Assembly (NCBI GenBank): GCA_964510585.1
Contig: CAZECW010000121.1
Span: forward strand, 1 to 32,000
From: an uncultured archaeon
GTDB taxonomy: Archaea; Asgardarchaeota; Jordiarchaeia; Jordiarchaeales; Jordiarchaeaceae
Direction of reading: 5' to 3'
DNA: 32,000 bases
Positions 1 through 9,140 of this stretch are shown here, in pieces. The first letter of the stretch is position 1. Every line of letters starts with the position of its first letter. A program made the position numbers and the translations under genes. The notes beneath the pieces were generated by a model. The model was not told the DNA's origin. It searched no databases and saw nothing but the letters and a program-made list of their open reading frames with translations.

Positions 1-136
1 CTGCGTCTTGTTTAGCCCCTTAAGCCCAAGCCAAACCCTTCAGCTACCAACAACTATTTATATACCCTACTTTCAAATAAGCTTTTTGGCGATTCATCCC
101 CACAACTAAAGTCGGGGGCTTTCTCGCCAAGGTTCT
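1..136 (-). mobile_element. Left-end half of a non-autonomous IS200/IS605 (IS608-like) element, cut by the window edge
   Basis: 1-140 is nearly identical to 20964-21105. Minus strand reads TTAC|AGAACCTTGGCGAG-AAAG-CCCCCGACTTTAGTTGTGGGG: target tetranucleotide TTAC (137-140), AAAG guide, imperfect hairpin. Confidence 0.85.
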
Positions 137-229
137 GTAAATACAGCTGAGAACCTAATTATGTTGGGCGTGGACGGAATAGTTACCAACAAGCCGGACA
201 TAATACCTAGAAACAAACAATCAAACTAA
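137..229 (+). pseudogene. 3' fragment of a glycerophosphodiester phosphodiesterase (GDPD)-like gene, interrupted by the element
   Basis: Frame from 137 reads VNTAENLIMLGVDGIVTNKPDIIPRNKQSN*. GVDGIxTxxPD is the usual C-terminal strand motif of GDPD TIM barrels. Only 30 codons are visible. Confidence 0.6.
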
Positions 230-290
230 CTATTTATTTATGCCATCAACTAACCATCATACCTATACGTGCGGTGTGGGGTTTTCGGTT

Positions 291-1457
291 TTAATCGCTT
301 TTTTCAAGGAGGATTGCCTGGCCTTGTCCGCCTCCAGCTGCGCTTGAGGCTACCCCGTATCTGCCGTTTTCTTTGTTTAGTATTCTTGCCAGTGTTCCAA
401 CGATTCTCACTCCACTCATTCCAGTGGGATGCCCAAGGGCTATGGCTCCTCCCTTAACGTTGACTCTTTGAGGGTTTATTTTTAGTTCCCGAATGGCAAC
501 CAACACTATGACTGCGAATAATTCGTTTATTTCCCAGAAATCAATGTCCTCCACCTTTAGTTTTGCTCTCTCCAAGGTTTTTCTAATTGCAGGTATGTTT
601 CCGTAACCCATTAGGGTGGGGTCAACTCCCGCCCAGCCCATAGATCTTACTGTTGCCAGCGGCTTGAGCCCATACTCTTGGGCCTTCTGCTTTGACATGA
701 GGATGCATGCTGCTGCGCCATCGTTTAGGGAGGTGGAGTTTCCCGCGGTTATTAGTCCGTTCTCCTTGAATGCGGGTGGTAGAGCTGCCAGTTTTTCGAG
801 GCTGGTGTCTGGTCTAACGTTCTGGTCATAGTCGACAATTTTTCTGCTTCCGTCGTCCAGAATGATTTCTATGGGGAGTATTTCTTCTTTGAAAAAGCCT
901 TCCTTTCGAGCTTTAACGGCTTTCATGTGGCTTTGGAGAGAAAACCTGTCCATTTCCTCTCTGGAAACAGAAAATTTTTGTGCAAGTTTTTCCGCCGATA
1001 ATCCCATACTTAGAGCGGTTAAGGCATCAAAGGAGCCAATATTTAAAAATTGGAGGCTGGGATTCACACCTGACCCTATGGGCATGTGCAACATGTGCTC
1101 CATGCCCGCTGCAACCACTATGTCTGCGAATCCCTGGGCTATCTCCATAGCAGCTATGGAGACAGACTCCAGAGAGGAGGCACCCTGCCTATCCACACCC
1201 AAAGCCGCCACAGAGAAGGGGAGGCCAGCCATAAGGCTAATAATTCTGCCGCCATACGTCCACTGCTCTCCACCCTGGTTTGAGCACCCTACGATGCACT
1301 CCTCTATTTCCTCCGCCCTCACACCTGTTCTCTCAACCAGCTTCCTGATAACAAGGGCGCAGAGGTCATCCATACGCATATTCTTGTAGAAATCCTGCTG
1401 AGGGTCAGCCTTGGAAATGGGCGTCCTCAAATAGTCCACAATAACTACTTCTCTCAA
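291..1457 (-). CDS. Thiolase-family protein lacking both catalytic cysteines
   Basis: Full-length thiolase motifs (NDGAAA, EINELFA, GGAIALGHP, GGGQG), but DRQGAS where the paralog has DRQCAS and SSAAGGG where it has TLCVGGG. TTG start after GGAGG. Confidence 0.9.
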   Translation of the reverse strand: MREVVIVDYLRTPISKADPQQDFYKNMRMDDLCALVIRKLVERTGVRAEEIEECIVGCSNQGGEQWTYGGRIISLMAGLPFSVAALGVDRQGASSLESVSIAAMEIAQGFADIVVAAGMEHMLHMPIGSGVNPSLQFLNIGSFDALTALSMGLSAEKLAQKFSVSREEMDRFSLQSHMKAVKARKEGFFKEEILPIEIILDDGSRKIVDYDQNVRPDTSLEKLAALPPAFKENGLITAGNSTSLNDGAAACILMSKQKAQEYGLKPLATVRSMGWAGVDPTLMGYGNIPAIRKTLERAKLKVEDIDFWEINELFAVIVLVAIRELKINPQRVNVKGGAIALGHPTGMSGVRIVGTLARILNKENGRYGVASSAAGGGQGQAILLEKSD

Positions 1458-1680
1458 AAAAGCTTCCTCCTACTACCAAATCCAAAAAGGGAAAACGAAA
1501 ATTCCGTCACAACTATAGAATTCTGGAGCCACTCCTCTTATATTTGTTTTCAACTAATAAAGAAAACCCTAAAAAATCGCAGGTTGCAAAGAACTGCTAT
1601 AACAAGTTTTTCGCGAAAAAAATAATACTTAAAAAATAAAAGGCTTGAAGCGTATTTCTTTCTGCAGAAATAGTGTTTAC

Positions 1681-2856
1681 TTACTCTCTTTTAATTATGG
1701 TGGCTGCGCCCTGTCCTCCGCCCACACACAGTGTTGCCAGGCCATAGGTGCCTCCTTCTTTTTCCAGTATGCGGGCTAGGGTGCCTGTTATTCTGGCTCC
1801 GGACATTCCCAGTGGGTGTCCGATGGCTATGGCTCCGCCTTTAACATTCACTTTTTCGGGATCTATTCCTAACTGTTTTATGGCGTATAGGGTTACTATT
1901 GCGAAGGCTTCATTTATTTCCCAGAAATCAATGTCCTCCACTTTGAGGCCTGCTGCTTTTAACGCTTTTTGGCTTGCGGGTACCGGACCTTTGCCCATTA
2001 CGCTGGGGTCGACGCCCGCCCAGGCCATAGATTTAATGGTTGCCATAGGTTCTAATCCGTATTTCTTGGCTGCCTCTTTGCTCATCAACATTACAGCGGC
2101 GGCACCAGCATTTAGAGGAGAGGAGTTGCCAGCAGTTATTATTCCATCCGGCTTGAATGCGGGAGGCAGAGAAGCGACTTTTTCCAGTGTGGTGTCTGGC
2201 CTAATGCTTTGATCTGTATCAATCACTTTTTTGCTTCCGTCAGGAAGTGTTACCTCAACAGGTATTATTTCGCCTTTGAAGAAACCTTCAGCTTGAGCTT
2301 TTGCGGCTAGCTGGTGGCTTCGTACAGACCATTCGTCCTGCTCCTTTTTGGATATTCCTGACTCTGCTGCCAGTTTTTCGGCTGTTAGGCCCATGTTCAT
2401 GGCTACAAGCCAGTCGAACCTCTTCTCCATCTTTAGGGCGTTCGGGTTTGGATTTACTCCATGTCCCATGGGTACGTGGGTCATGTGTTCAACCCCACCG
2501 GCCACCACCACATCTGAAAAGCCGGTCATTATTTCCATGGCACCAATGTGGATTGAAGACATGGCTGAGGCGCACTGTCTGTCACAAGCTAATGCCGCTA
2601 CTTCAAGTGGTAGGCCTGCCATGAGACTAAACATGCGTCCTCCATAGGCGAATTGTTCAGCTGTCTGGTTGGCGCATCCAAAAATGCAGTCATCAATATT
2701 TTTGGGGTCTATTCCGGATCTCTTCACAACTTCTCTTATTACCATGGCGGCCATGTCGTCTGCTCTAATGCTGTTGAAAACATCTTTTTCCGGCTCTCTT
2801 GGACGTGACCTTGAAATGGGTGTTCTTACGTAACCCACAATTACTGGTTCCTTCAT
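1681..2856 (-). CDS. Acetyl-CoA C-acyltransferase (thiolase)
   Basis: DRQCAS, EINEAFA, GHPLG and TLCVGGG all intact. ATG at 2856 follows GGAGG and is preferred over the track start at 2880. Confidence 0.95.
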   Translation of the reverse strand: MKEPVIVGYVRTPISRSRPREPEKDVFNSIRADDMAAMVIREVVKRSGIDPKNIDDCIFGCANQTAEQFAYGGRMFSLMAGLPLEVAALACDRQCASAMSSIHIGAMEIMTGFSDVVVAGGVEHMTHVPMGHGVNPNPNALKMEKRFDWLVAMNMGLTAEKLAAESGISKKEQDEWSVRSHQLAAKAQAEGFFKGEIIPVEVTLPDGSKKVIDTDQSIRPDTTLEKVASLPPAFKPDGIITAGNSSPLNAGAAAVMLMSKEAAKKYGLEPMATIKSMAWAGVDPSVMGKGPVPASQKALKAAGLKVEDIDFWEINEAFAIVTLYAIKQLGIDPEKVNVKGGAIAIGHPLGMSGARITGTLARILEKEGGTYGLATLCVGGGQGAATIIKRE

Positions 2857-3053
2857 TTCAGGTTTCCTCCAACATCTCAATCAGTTCTAGCGCAAATTTT
2901 TGATTTTTGGTACGGAAATCCGTTGATGTAGATATGCTTATAACTTTTTGCCCATCTTTTAGAAAAAAAGCGAGGTGAGGTTTCAAAAATTTATTTTTGT
3001 GAATTTGTGGATCTTTTTAGATTCTTTAAAAAATTTCTTTTATCTTGTTCATG

Positions 3054-3779
3054 CTAGGGGGTGCAGAAGGTGAAGGGTTGTATTCCTGCTTCTTGTAGTC
3101 TTTTTTGGACTCTGGGATATAAGATAACGATTTCGTCTTCTAGTTCTGAGGATAGTTTGTCGCTTATTTGGGATAGCCGGATGATTAGTTGTTTTATGTT
3201 TTCTTTGGTGCTGAATGAAGACATTAATGCTGCGTTGCAGGAAACTCCGAGTTCCACAAGGTTCTCTAGAGCCTTCAGCTGGAGTTGGAATCCTTCGGGT
3301 TTTGCGCCTGTGAGTCTTGAGAATTCTTCCTCGCAGGCTCCCTTCAGGGAGACTCTTACGTGCAGGTTTTTAAACTGGGATAGCTGGCTAGCATAATCCT
3401 TGTCCAGCAATATTCCTGAAGTTTCCAAAATGAAGGTGTAACGTGTTTTTTCAACCATCTCCAAGATTTTGATGAGGTGCTCCCTTCCTAGACTGGGTTC
3501 GTTGCCGCTTATTCTAATCAGGGAGTACCCCCTCTTCTTTGCTATGTGTGTCAAATTTTGGAAAACCTGCTCCGGGGAGTAAAAACGCCCGTAACCTTTT
3601 GGATTATCTCGGGGCTCTGCGCCCCAACAAAAAATACATCTTAGGGGGCACCCGCAACAGTCGGCGGTGGCGATTCCCCCATACCATTGCCCTCCCCTGA
3701 AACGATAGTATAATTTGTCCTCCCCTCGCAACACTATTTTCTCAATCCTTCTAGCCAACTCTAATGGATCGTAGGTCAT
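3054..3779 (-). CDS. Radical SAM protein (archaeal Fe-S oxidoreductase type, function unknown)
   Basis: CxxxCxxC motif (CPLRCIFC), RISGNEP, ILETSG, VRVSLKG strands of the radical SAM barrel. Confidence 0.9.
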   Translation of the reverse strand: MTYDPLELARRIEKIVLRGEDKLYYRFRGGQWYGGIATADCCGCPLRCIFCWGAEPRDNPKGYGRFYSPEQVFQNLTHIAKKRGYSLIRISGNEPSLGREHLIKILEMVEKTRYTFILETSGILLDKDYASQLSQFKNLHVRVSLKGACEEEFSRLTGAKPEGFQLQLKALENLVELGVSCNAALMSSFSTKENIKQLIIRLSQISDKLSSELEDEIVILYPRVQKRLQEAGIQPFTFCTP

Positions 3780-3780
3780 A

Positions 3781-3870
3781 AAAAACGCTCCAAAATTGTG
3801 TCCGAATATTAAATGAATTCTTGAGGTAACAATATCCTCTCCCTGCTATTTCTATTTTTGGAGCGTTTTT
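3781..3870. repeat. Perfect 15-bp inverted repeat directly upstream of the radical SAM start codon
   Basis: aaaaacgctccaaaa (3781-3795) and ttttggagcgttttt (3856-3870), 60-nt spacer. Confidence 0.8.
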
Positions 3871-4071
3871 ATTCGCGTTTTCAAAAACTTTTTTCCACTT
3901 ATTTTGAGAATTCAAAATTTGATGTGTATCTCCCTTTTTTCCTAGGAAATTAAGAGGAATCCTAGAAAAATATGGCTTGTAGAATTGCTTATTTAAAACT
4001 CTTTAGAAATATAATATAAATATTTAAAAAAATGAAGGGGGGTTACTCGTACTTTCTGGGTCAGAGAGCCC

Positions 4072-5820
4072 TTATTCGGGAGGGATGCTTTTGAAAATGG
4101 CTTCTAAGTCTACTCCTGCCCTTCTGTTCCTTCTCCTCATTACTAGGTATATTACTGCTCCAATGGAGTAAATGACAATTATCAGAAGTAGAGAACCAAG
4201 GTTAAAGGTGGCTATACCGGCAATTATCAAAGGTAGTATGGTAAATATTGCTATTACTCCGCATATGCTCAGCACTGGGAATTTACCAATTTTGGGGCTA
4301 TAAGTCTGCTCAGCAAGATCAGGTCTTCTGGCACTGAATCTAGCGCCCGCATATATGGTTAGCACGAACGCTGGAACACCTAAGAAAACCGTATTCATAA
4401 GGGCTTGGAAGGCACTCCAATAGCTTAGAATGACTCCAATACAGGCAACTAATACGGATATGCCAATGGCATATATGGGGGTAGTTGTTCTCTCATTAAT
4501 TGCGCTGATCTTTGTGGGAATAATTCTATCGAAGCTCCAAGCAAACATGTACCTTGAAGTTGATAGCAAGTAGGGCGTAATCGAATTGATAAGCCATATT
4601 GCTCCAGAGCCTATGATGAGTAATCCCAGCCAGCTCAAACCAGCAAGAGGAGCAGCAAATAGGGGTATACTTGCAGGAATAGGGACGGGAACCTTGCCAG
4701 CATAAAGCCAGGCACCATATTGAATCCAGTACTGCAGAGTGTCTTGAGACAAAAGACTACCCAGCCCTGCGGGCACCCAAGACAATTCTGCGTTTAGATG
4801 AGGTAGAGACCACATCAGCAGTCCAAAGGGATCTTTAGAGTAAGTGAGAAAATCGTACATGTGGATGAATGCTCCATAATTTGCCTGAAGAGGATAAAGC
4901 AATCCAATGTAGAAGGCAGCTATGAAGAATAGGCCTAAAACCATAGATATGTAGAATGTGCGCTTTGTGTCTCGAACTTCGCCGCCCACAATTGTAATGC
5001 TGTACACACCACCGAAGGCAAACATTGCAATCAACATTATGCCAATTGTGTTGGTGATTCCTGTTGTGGAATCTCTAAAAGCGTAGAGCCACCAGTAATT
5101 CTGATAGGCTATCCTAAACAGGTCTCCATATGCTCCGAATAAATTCTGTCCCCAGCCGAAAACGTTGTTCCAAGCCCAAATCATATCCATAGGGGAATGG
5201 GTGAACAGTACCCAGATTGTCGCTAAGCCACCCAAAAGGGGAATAAGGAACAGGAACCGCATAATCCATAGGGAACCCTTAGTGCTCACCATTAGTGCGC
5301 CTCCGAAAAAGAGGACTACGATGATGCCGAAGACAACGCCCCATAACGGATCCGTTAGCTGAATGGACCAGCCCAGGAGGCCCAAGTTATAGGTGAGCAA
5401 GCCATAGTACATTACAAAGAGGCTTCCGAAGGAAACTGCTTGGAAGGTTAGAGCTCCAATGGTGAACATGAGCATAATCCAAACGCCCCAAGAGGCGAGG
5501 AAACCGTATCCGGGACCTAGAATCCTGCTCACGTAAATGTAGTCGCCGCCGTTCCGAGGCATGGCTCTAGCCATAATGGCGTAGATGAGAGCGACTGGAA
5601 GCCACAAGAATAAAGCGAGAAGGTAACCCAAGGACAAATTGGCACCCGGAAAATATGTGGGAGCCAAACTCTGCACAGATAAGAACATGATGCCGCCACC
5701 AACGATGAAGGAGAAAACAATTACCACAGCATCGGTGATGCTTATTTCTCTGACCAGACCAGTAGCGTCCCGAGTAAAAACGATTCTGCGACCACCCGTA
5801 GAGGGATTCTTAGCAGACAT
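4072..5820 (-). CDS. APC-superfamily amino acid/polyamine permease
   Basis: FTRDATGLVRE N-terminus, MPRNGGDYIYVSR, GGEVRD, SRYMFAWSFDR motifs and about 12 hydrophobic segments. ATG at 5820 preferred over the track start at 5964. Confidence 0.9.
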   Translation of the reverse strand: MSAKNPSTGGRRIVFTRDATGLVREISITDAVVIVFSFIVGGGIMFLSVQSLAPTYFPGANLSLGYLLALFLWLPVALIYAIMARAMPRNGGDYIYVSRILGPGYGFLASWGVWIMLMFTIGALTFQAVSFGSLFVMYYGLLTYNLGLLGWSIQLTDPLWGVVFGIIVVLFFGGALMVSTKGSLWIMRFLFLIPLLGGLATIWVLFTHSPMDMIWAWNNVFGWGQNLFGAYGDLFRIAYQNYWWLYAFRDSTTGITNTIGIMLIAMFAFGGVYSITIVGGEVRDTKRTFYISMVLGLFFIAAFYIGLLYPLQANYGAFIHMYDFLTYSKDPFGLLMWSLPHLNAELSWVPAGLGSLLSQDTLQYWIQYGAWLYAGKVPVPIPASIPLFAAPLAGLSWLGLLIIGSGAIWLINSITPYLLSTSRYMFAWSFDRIIPTKISAINERTTTPIYAIGISVLVACIGVILSYWSAFQALMNTVFLGVPAFVLTIYAGARFSARRPDLAEQTYSPKIGKFPVLSICGVIAIFTILPLIIAGIATFNLGSLLLIIVIYSIGAVIYLVMRRRNRRAGVDLEAIFKSIPPE

Positions 5821-6139
5821 TTCCTCTAACCACCTTAAATTGAAATGAGTTATTATAACCTTCTTCGAGTATATAAATATTTTAGTGTAATTGTGAAAAT
5901 CGCAAAAGAGGAATAAAATTTTCGGATGTAATAAGTCCCTTGTGCGAATGTTGAAGAGAAACATTTGGTCTTGCAGCTTTTCACATTTTTCTTCTAATAG
6001 GATTTATTCTTTCTCCTTTTTCAAACAAGGAATCTCTACTACATCCTGCTTTGAGAGGAGGCTTGAGCTACTAAAACCCGCTACGCGGTTGAGCCGGCAT
6101 CTCGTAACCCGGGAAGGAGACTTTTTGTTCCCACGCCTC

Positions 6140-6343
6140 TCATTTTAAGTCTTGTATTTGGTTTGTTTTTATTTTTATTTGCATTTTTTCAAAATTTTTT
6201 CCTTCCCCACAGATTTCACATAAAGCTGGTTTTTCTTGGGTCTTGTTGAGCCCCCCACACATCGTGCATCTCCAATAAGTAATATCGTTAATTTTTGTTG
6301 TGAGACTGAACTCAAATCTAGTTGGTTTTTCCTTGTTTTTCAT
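6140..6343 (-). CDS. Small rubredoxin-like / zinc-ribbon protein (67 aa)
   Basis: WRCTMCG-x9-LCEICG paired CxxC motifs. ATG at 6343 within track ORF 6140-6505. Confidence 0.65.
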   Translation of the reverse strand: MKNKEKPTRFEFSLTTKINDITYWRCTMCGGLNKTQEKPALCEICGEGKNFEKMQIKIKTNQIQDLK

Positions 6344-6410
6344 CGTAGAATGCCTCGTATCACTCAAGGTAAATAATACAGTGTATATGTGAAATAAAAG
6401 ATTTATTACT

Positions 6411-6593
6411 AAGCCACCGGAGTCCTTGTATTGACTATGTGGCTTGGGTTGGTGTGGGTTTTTTGGTCGCCTCAAAAGAAGGAGGCCGTTTTGAGGTTTT
6501 TCCAATAAAGCCTAAAGAGCAGGTAATGTAGGCAGACTCTAAACCGCTGGGAAAAGACAAACCACATAGTTGATACGAGGCTTCAAGCCACCA
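6411..6593 (-). promoter_or_regulatory. Possible structured RNA leader with alternative pairings upstream of the small zinc-ribbon ORF
   Basis: Several overlapping inverted repeats sharing the 6434-6446 arm, plus an internal 8-bp hairpin (6470-6477/6489-6496). No known family recognised. Confidence 0.3.
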
Positions 6594-6669
6594 TTTCCAT
6601 ACTTCACACAATCTCCTAATTCGTAACATGTTTTAGTGGTTTATTTTTTATTTAGTTATGTCTCCATAT

Positions 6670-6804
6670 CTCGATAATGTTAGGGTTATTTTTCCTTCCC
6701 CCAAAATTACTGTAAATAGTTGAAAAATCTACATTCTCTCAATGGGAAGAGGAAAACAGGGAAAAATGGCTAAATGAAACAAATTTGATATTGTCAAGAT
6801 ATAT
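6670..6804 (+). repeat. Diverged ~135-bp intergenic direct repeat, copy A
   Basis: Colinear blocks shared with 8896-9034: ctcga.aatgtta, tttttcct, taaatag, aaaac.ggg.aaaaa.ggctaa, aacaaattt.a.attgtc.ag.tatat (aligned by eye). Confidence 0.65.
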
Positions 6805-6962
6805 ATTGCTTGTTTAGGGGGAGCATTAATAATTTCTGGAAATATGGTTTGTGGATGGATGAATGGATTTCAACTATTTTTAGTGTTTGTGAAAAATTAA
6901 AGTGAGGAAACCCCCAGATTCTCAATGATTTTTCTGAAAATTTTTTGGGTTTTTGGTTGGTT

Positions 6963-7760
6963 TTAGCAGATGTAGCTTTTGAGTTCTTCCTCTTGGTATT
7001 CTCTTTTAGGGGGTTTTTCCTCAGCTGCTTGTTTTTTTGTGGGTTTTTGGTTTCCTTTGTGGGTGCCGTCTAGGGGGAGATTCAAATATTTTGTAAGTGT
7101 TTCTACAAGAGTTTTCACAGCTTGGGGATCGCTGTTTCCCATAGAGGCTAATTGGGCGCTGGTTTCAGATAGTATTATTGCTCCTTCAATGTCGAATTCT
7201 TGCTTGGCTAGTGTTGGCACTATGCCATTGGCTCCCAGTATTTCTCCCTCGGTCATGGGTTTAGCGTTTGGAAGGTTGAGCAGTTTTTTTAGGTGTTCGT
7301 TTTCCTTGTGGGTGGTAGCAATATATATTTTGTTAGAATTGTTTTTGATGGCTGAGGGCTCCACTATGTATGCACCAAGGGTTACTATGAGTTTCACTCC
7401 ATTCTTGGACATGAATTTGGCTATGTGGTGCGATATGGTGTATATTCCCCGCGAAGTCATGGGTTGGTCGTCGCCTGAGACAAAGAATATGTCTCGCTTG
7501 TTTTGCGGATCCTTCCAGAAGTGTATGTGTATTTTGGGTAGGTGAGCGATTCCGTCGTTGATTATGATTATGGGTGGGAGATCATGGAATCCCAGCTCCA
7601 TAATCTTTTTCGCTTTAAGCCCTTCTGTGAGTTTCTTTACGGCTTCTGTTCCCACGTTGCTTATGTCTGGGAGGCTCTGTATGCATATGGGGTTGTTGAG
7701 GTTTTTGGGTAGTTTTTTTAGGGTTTTTTCTGTTATGCCGTACATTGTTTTTTTCACCAA
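6963..7760 (-). CDS. PAC2-family (proteasome assembly chaperone-like) protein
   Basis: SLPDISNVG, DIFFVSGDDQP, IVTLGAY, GEILGANG, ILSET, SDPQAVK match the PAC2/DUF75 pattern. Confidence 0.8.
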   Translation of the reverse strand: MVKKTMYGITEKTLKKLPKNLNNPICIQSLPDISNVGTEAVKKLTEGLKAKKIMELGFHDLPPIIIINDGIAHLPKIHIHFWKDPQNKRDIFFVSGDDQPMTSRGIYTISHHIAKFMSKNGVKLIVTLGAYIVEPSAIKNNSNKIYIATTHKENEHLKKLLNLPNAKPMTEGEILGANGIVPTLAKQEFDIEGAIILSETSAQLASMGNSDPQAVKTLVETLTKYLNLPLDGTHKGNQKPTKKQAAEEKPPKREYQEEELKSYIC

Positions 7761-8191
7761 GTTCCACTGGAAATCGACCAGTACTACCTAAACAATCATT
7801 TAATCTTAAAAATATTTAAAATCACCTACTACCCACATAATACAAGCCACCCACAAACACTCAACAAAAACTTCAAAGAAGACAACCACACCCACAACTC
7901 TCCACTCCCTCAAACCAAAAAGCTAGTATCCCACAAACCAAGACAGGGGAAAACACCTCTAAAAAAGAAACAAACAAAACCACCAAAAATACATAAAGAC
8001 TGCAAAGGACAAAATGCCAATACAAACAAATGTAACCTGCTATTTTGTTAATAAACCAATTTCAGGTTTGGAGCCTATCAGCAATAGATTCTAAATCTCA
8101 TGATTTGAGAAAAAGAGGGGAAATAAATAGTAAAAATCTTTGAGATATTGCATAGCGCTTTTTGGTTATAATGCTGCCGGGTTTTTGGGCT

Positions 8192-8689
8192 TTATTCAAA
8201 CTCGTCTTTCACGTCGCTCATAAGGTATGCCACCAGTATTATGCCCCATATCAGGTTAACTACACCCCATATTATCACCAGAATACTTATACTTATGCCA
8301 CCATATACCAACATGCCTATTCCGCCCAGAATGTATAGAAATCCAATGATTACAATTATTATTCGAGCCCAGTTCTTCATTGCAAGTAAACCGATGGATG
8401 CAACAAGATAAACTATGGAGACAATTAGCATAGCCGCTCCGAAATATGCAATTAAGGTGGCAAGCCTCATTCCTCCAATAGCATCGGGTATGGAAATGAT
8501 CATCAGGTAGAATTTCATCCATTGAGGGGTGGAGGGATTCACAAGTAGATAAAGGCTGTGTATTAGTCTCTCTTGCGGGTTGCCATAGATGCTCCATCCA
8601 AAGAATGTTATGCCGGCTCCAAGGATGATTCCACCGATTGAGGTTAGTAGAGCGATTATACCTATGAAAACGACTCCAAATCTGGCCAC
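8192..8689 (-). CDS. Hypothetical integral membrane protein (about 4 TM helices)
   Basis: Four long hydrophobic segments, GLLAMKNWAR loop motif. GTG start after GGAGG. Confidence 0.75.
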   Translation of the reverse strand: MARFGVVFIGIIALLTSIGGIILGAGITFFGWSIYGNPQERLIHSLYLLVNPSTPQWMKFYLMIISIPDAIGGMRLATLIAYFGAAMLIVSIVYLVASIGLLAMKNWARIIIVIIGFLYILGGIGMLVYGGISISILVIIWGVVNLIWGIILVAYLMSDVKDEFE

Positions 8690-8895
8690 TCAGTAACCTC
8701 CATTTTTTAATTAAATTTTTATTTGTTCTGACTAGATATAAACTTTTTTAACGGTGTTTCATTTTCTAGGAAAACATATTTTCATACTTTCTATTAAAGA
8801 TCTTTTAAATTTGGGTGCATACTACTAATTAACAGATGGAACGGTAAACGCCCCAAACTTATACAATGGTTACTTATTTAAGGAAAAGTGATTAC

Positions 8896-9034
8896 CTCGA
8901 AAATGTTAAATTAGATTGTTTTTCCTATCAGGATCACCATAAATAGCCAAAAGCCACAATTCCCTTCAACGAAAAAGGGGAGAAAAACGGGGCAAAAACG
9001 GCTAAGTAACAAATTTAACATTGTCTAGTTATAT
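8896..9034 (+). repeat. Diverged ~135-bp intergenic direct repeat, copy B
   Basis: Colinear similarity with 6670-6804. Confidence 0.65.
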
Positions 9035-9140
9035 TCGTAAGATTCGAGAAGGATGTTACAAGGCCTTGCAAGTTGAACGCGAAGAGATTATATTTATATT
9101 TGTAGGATTCTCCTATTTTTCATAAGTGGTTGTGATTGGA

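Noticed and set aside
269-2647. Plus-strand ORFs opposite the thiolases, and similar antisense ORFs throughout the track
   Set aside because: Shadow frames of well-supported genes on the other strand, with no motifs or RBS.
6029-6135. GC-rich stretch with small hairpins, superficially like the SRP S-domain (cccgggaaggag)
   Set aside because: Lacks the flanking conserved SRP helix-8 bases and recognisable C/D or H/ACA boxes. It may be a terminator or ncRNA but cannot be supported.
6071-6142. Selenocysteine read-through of the TGA ending the zinc-ribbon ORF
   Set aside because: The TGA is not at a Cys-equivalent position, the extension has no recognisable motif, and no convincing SECIS was seen.
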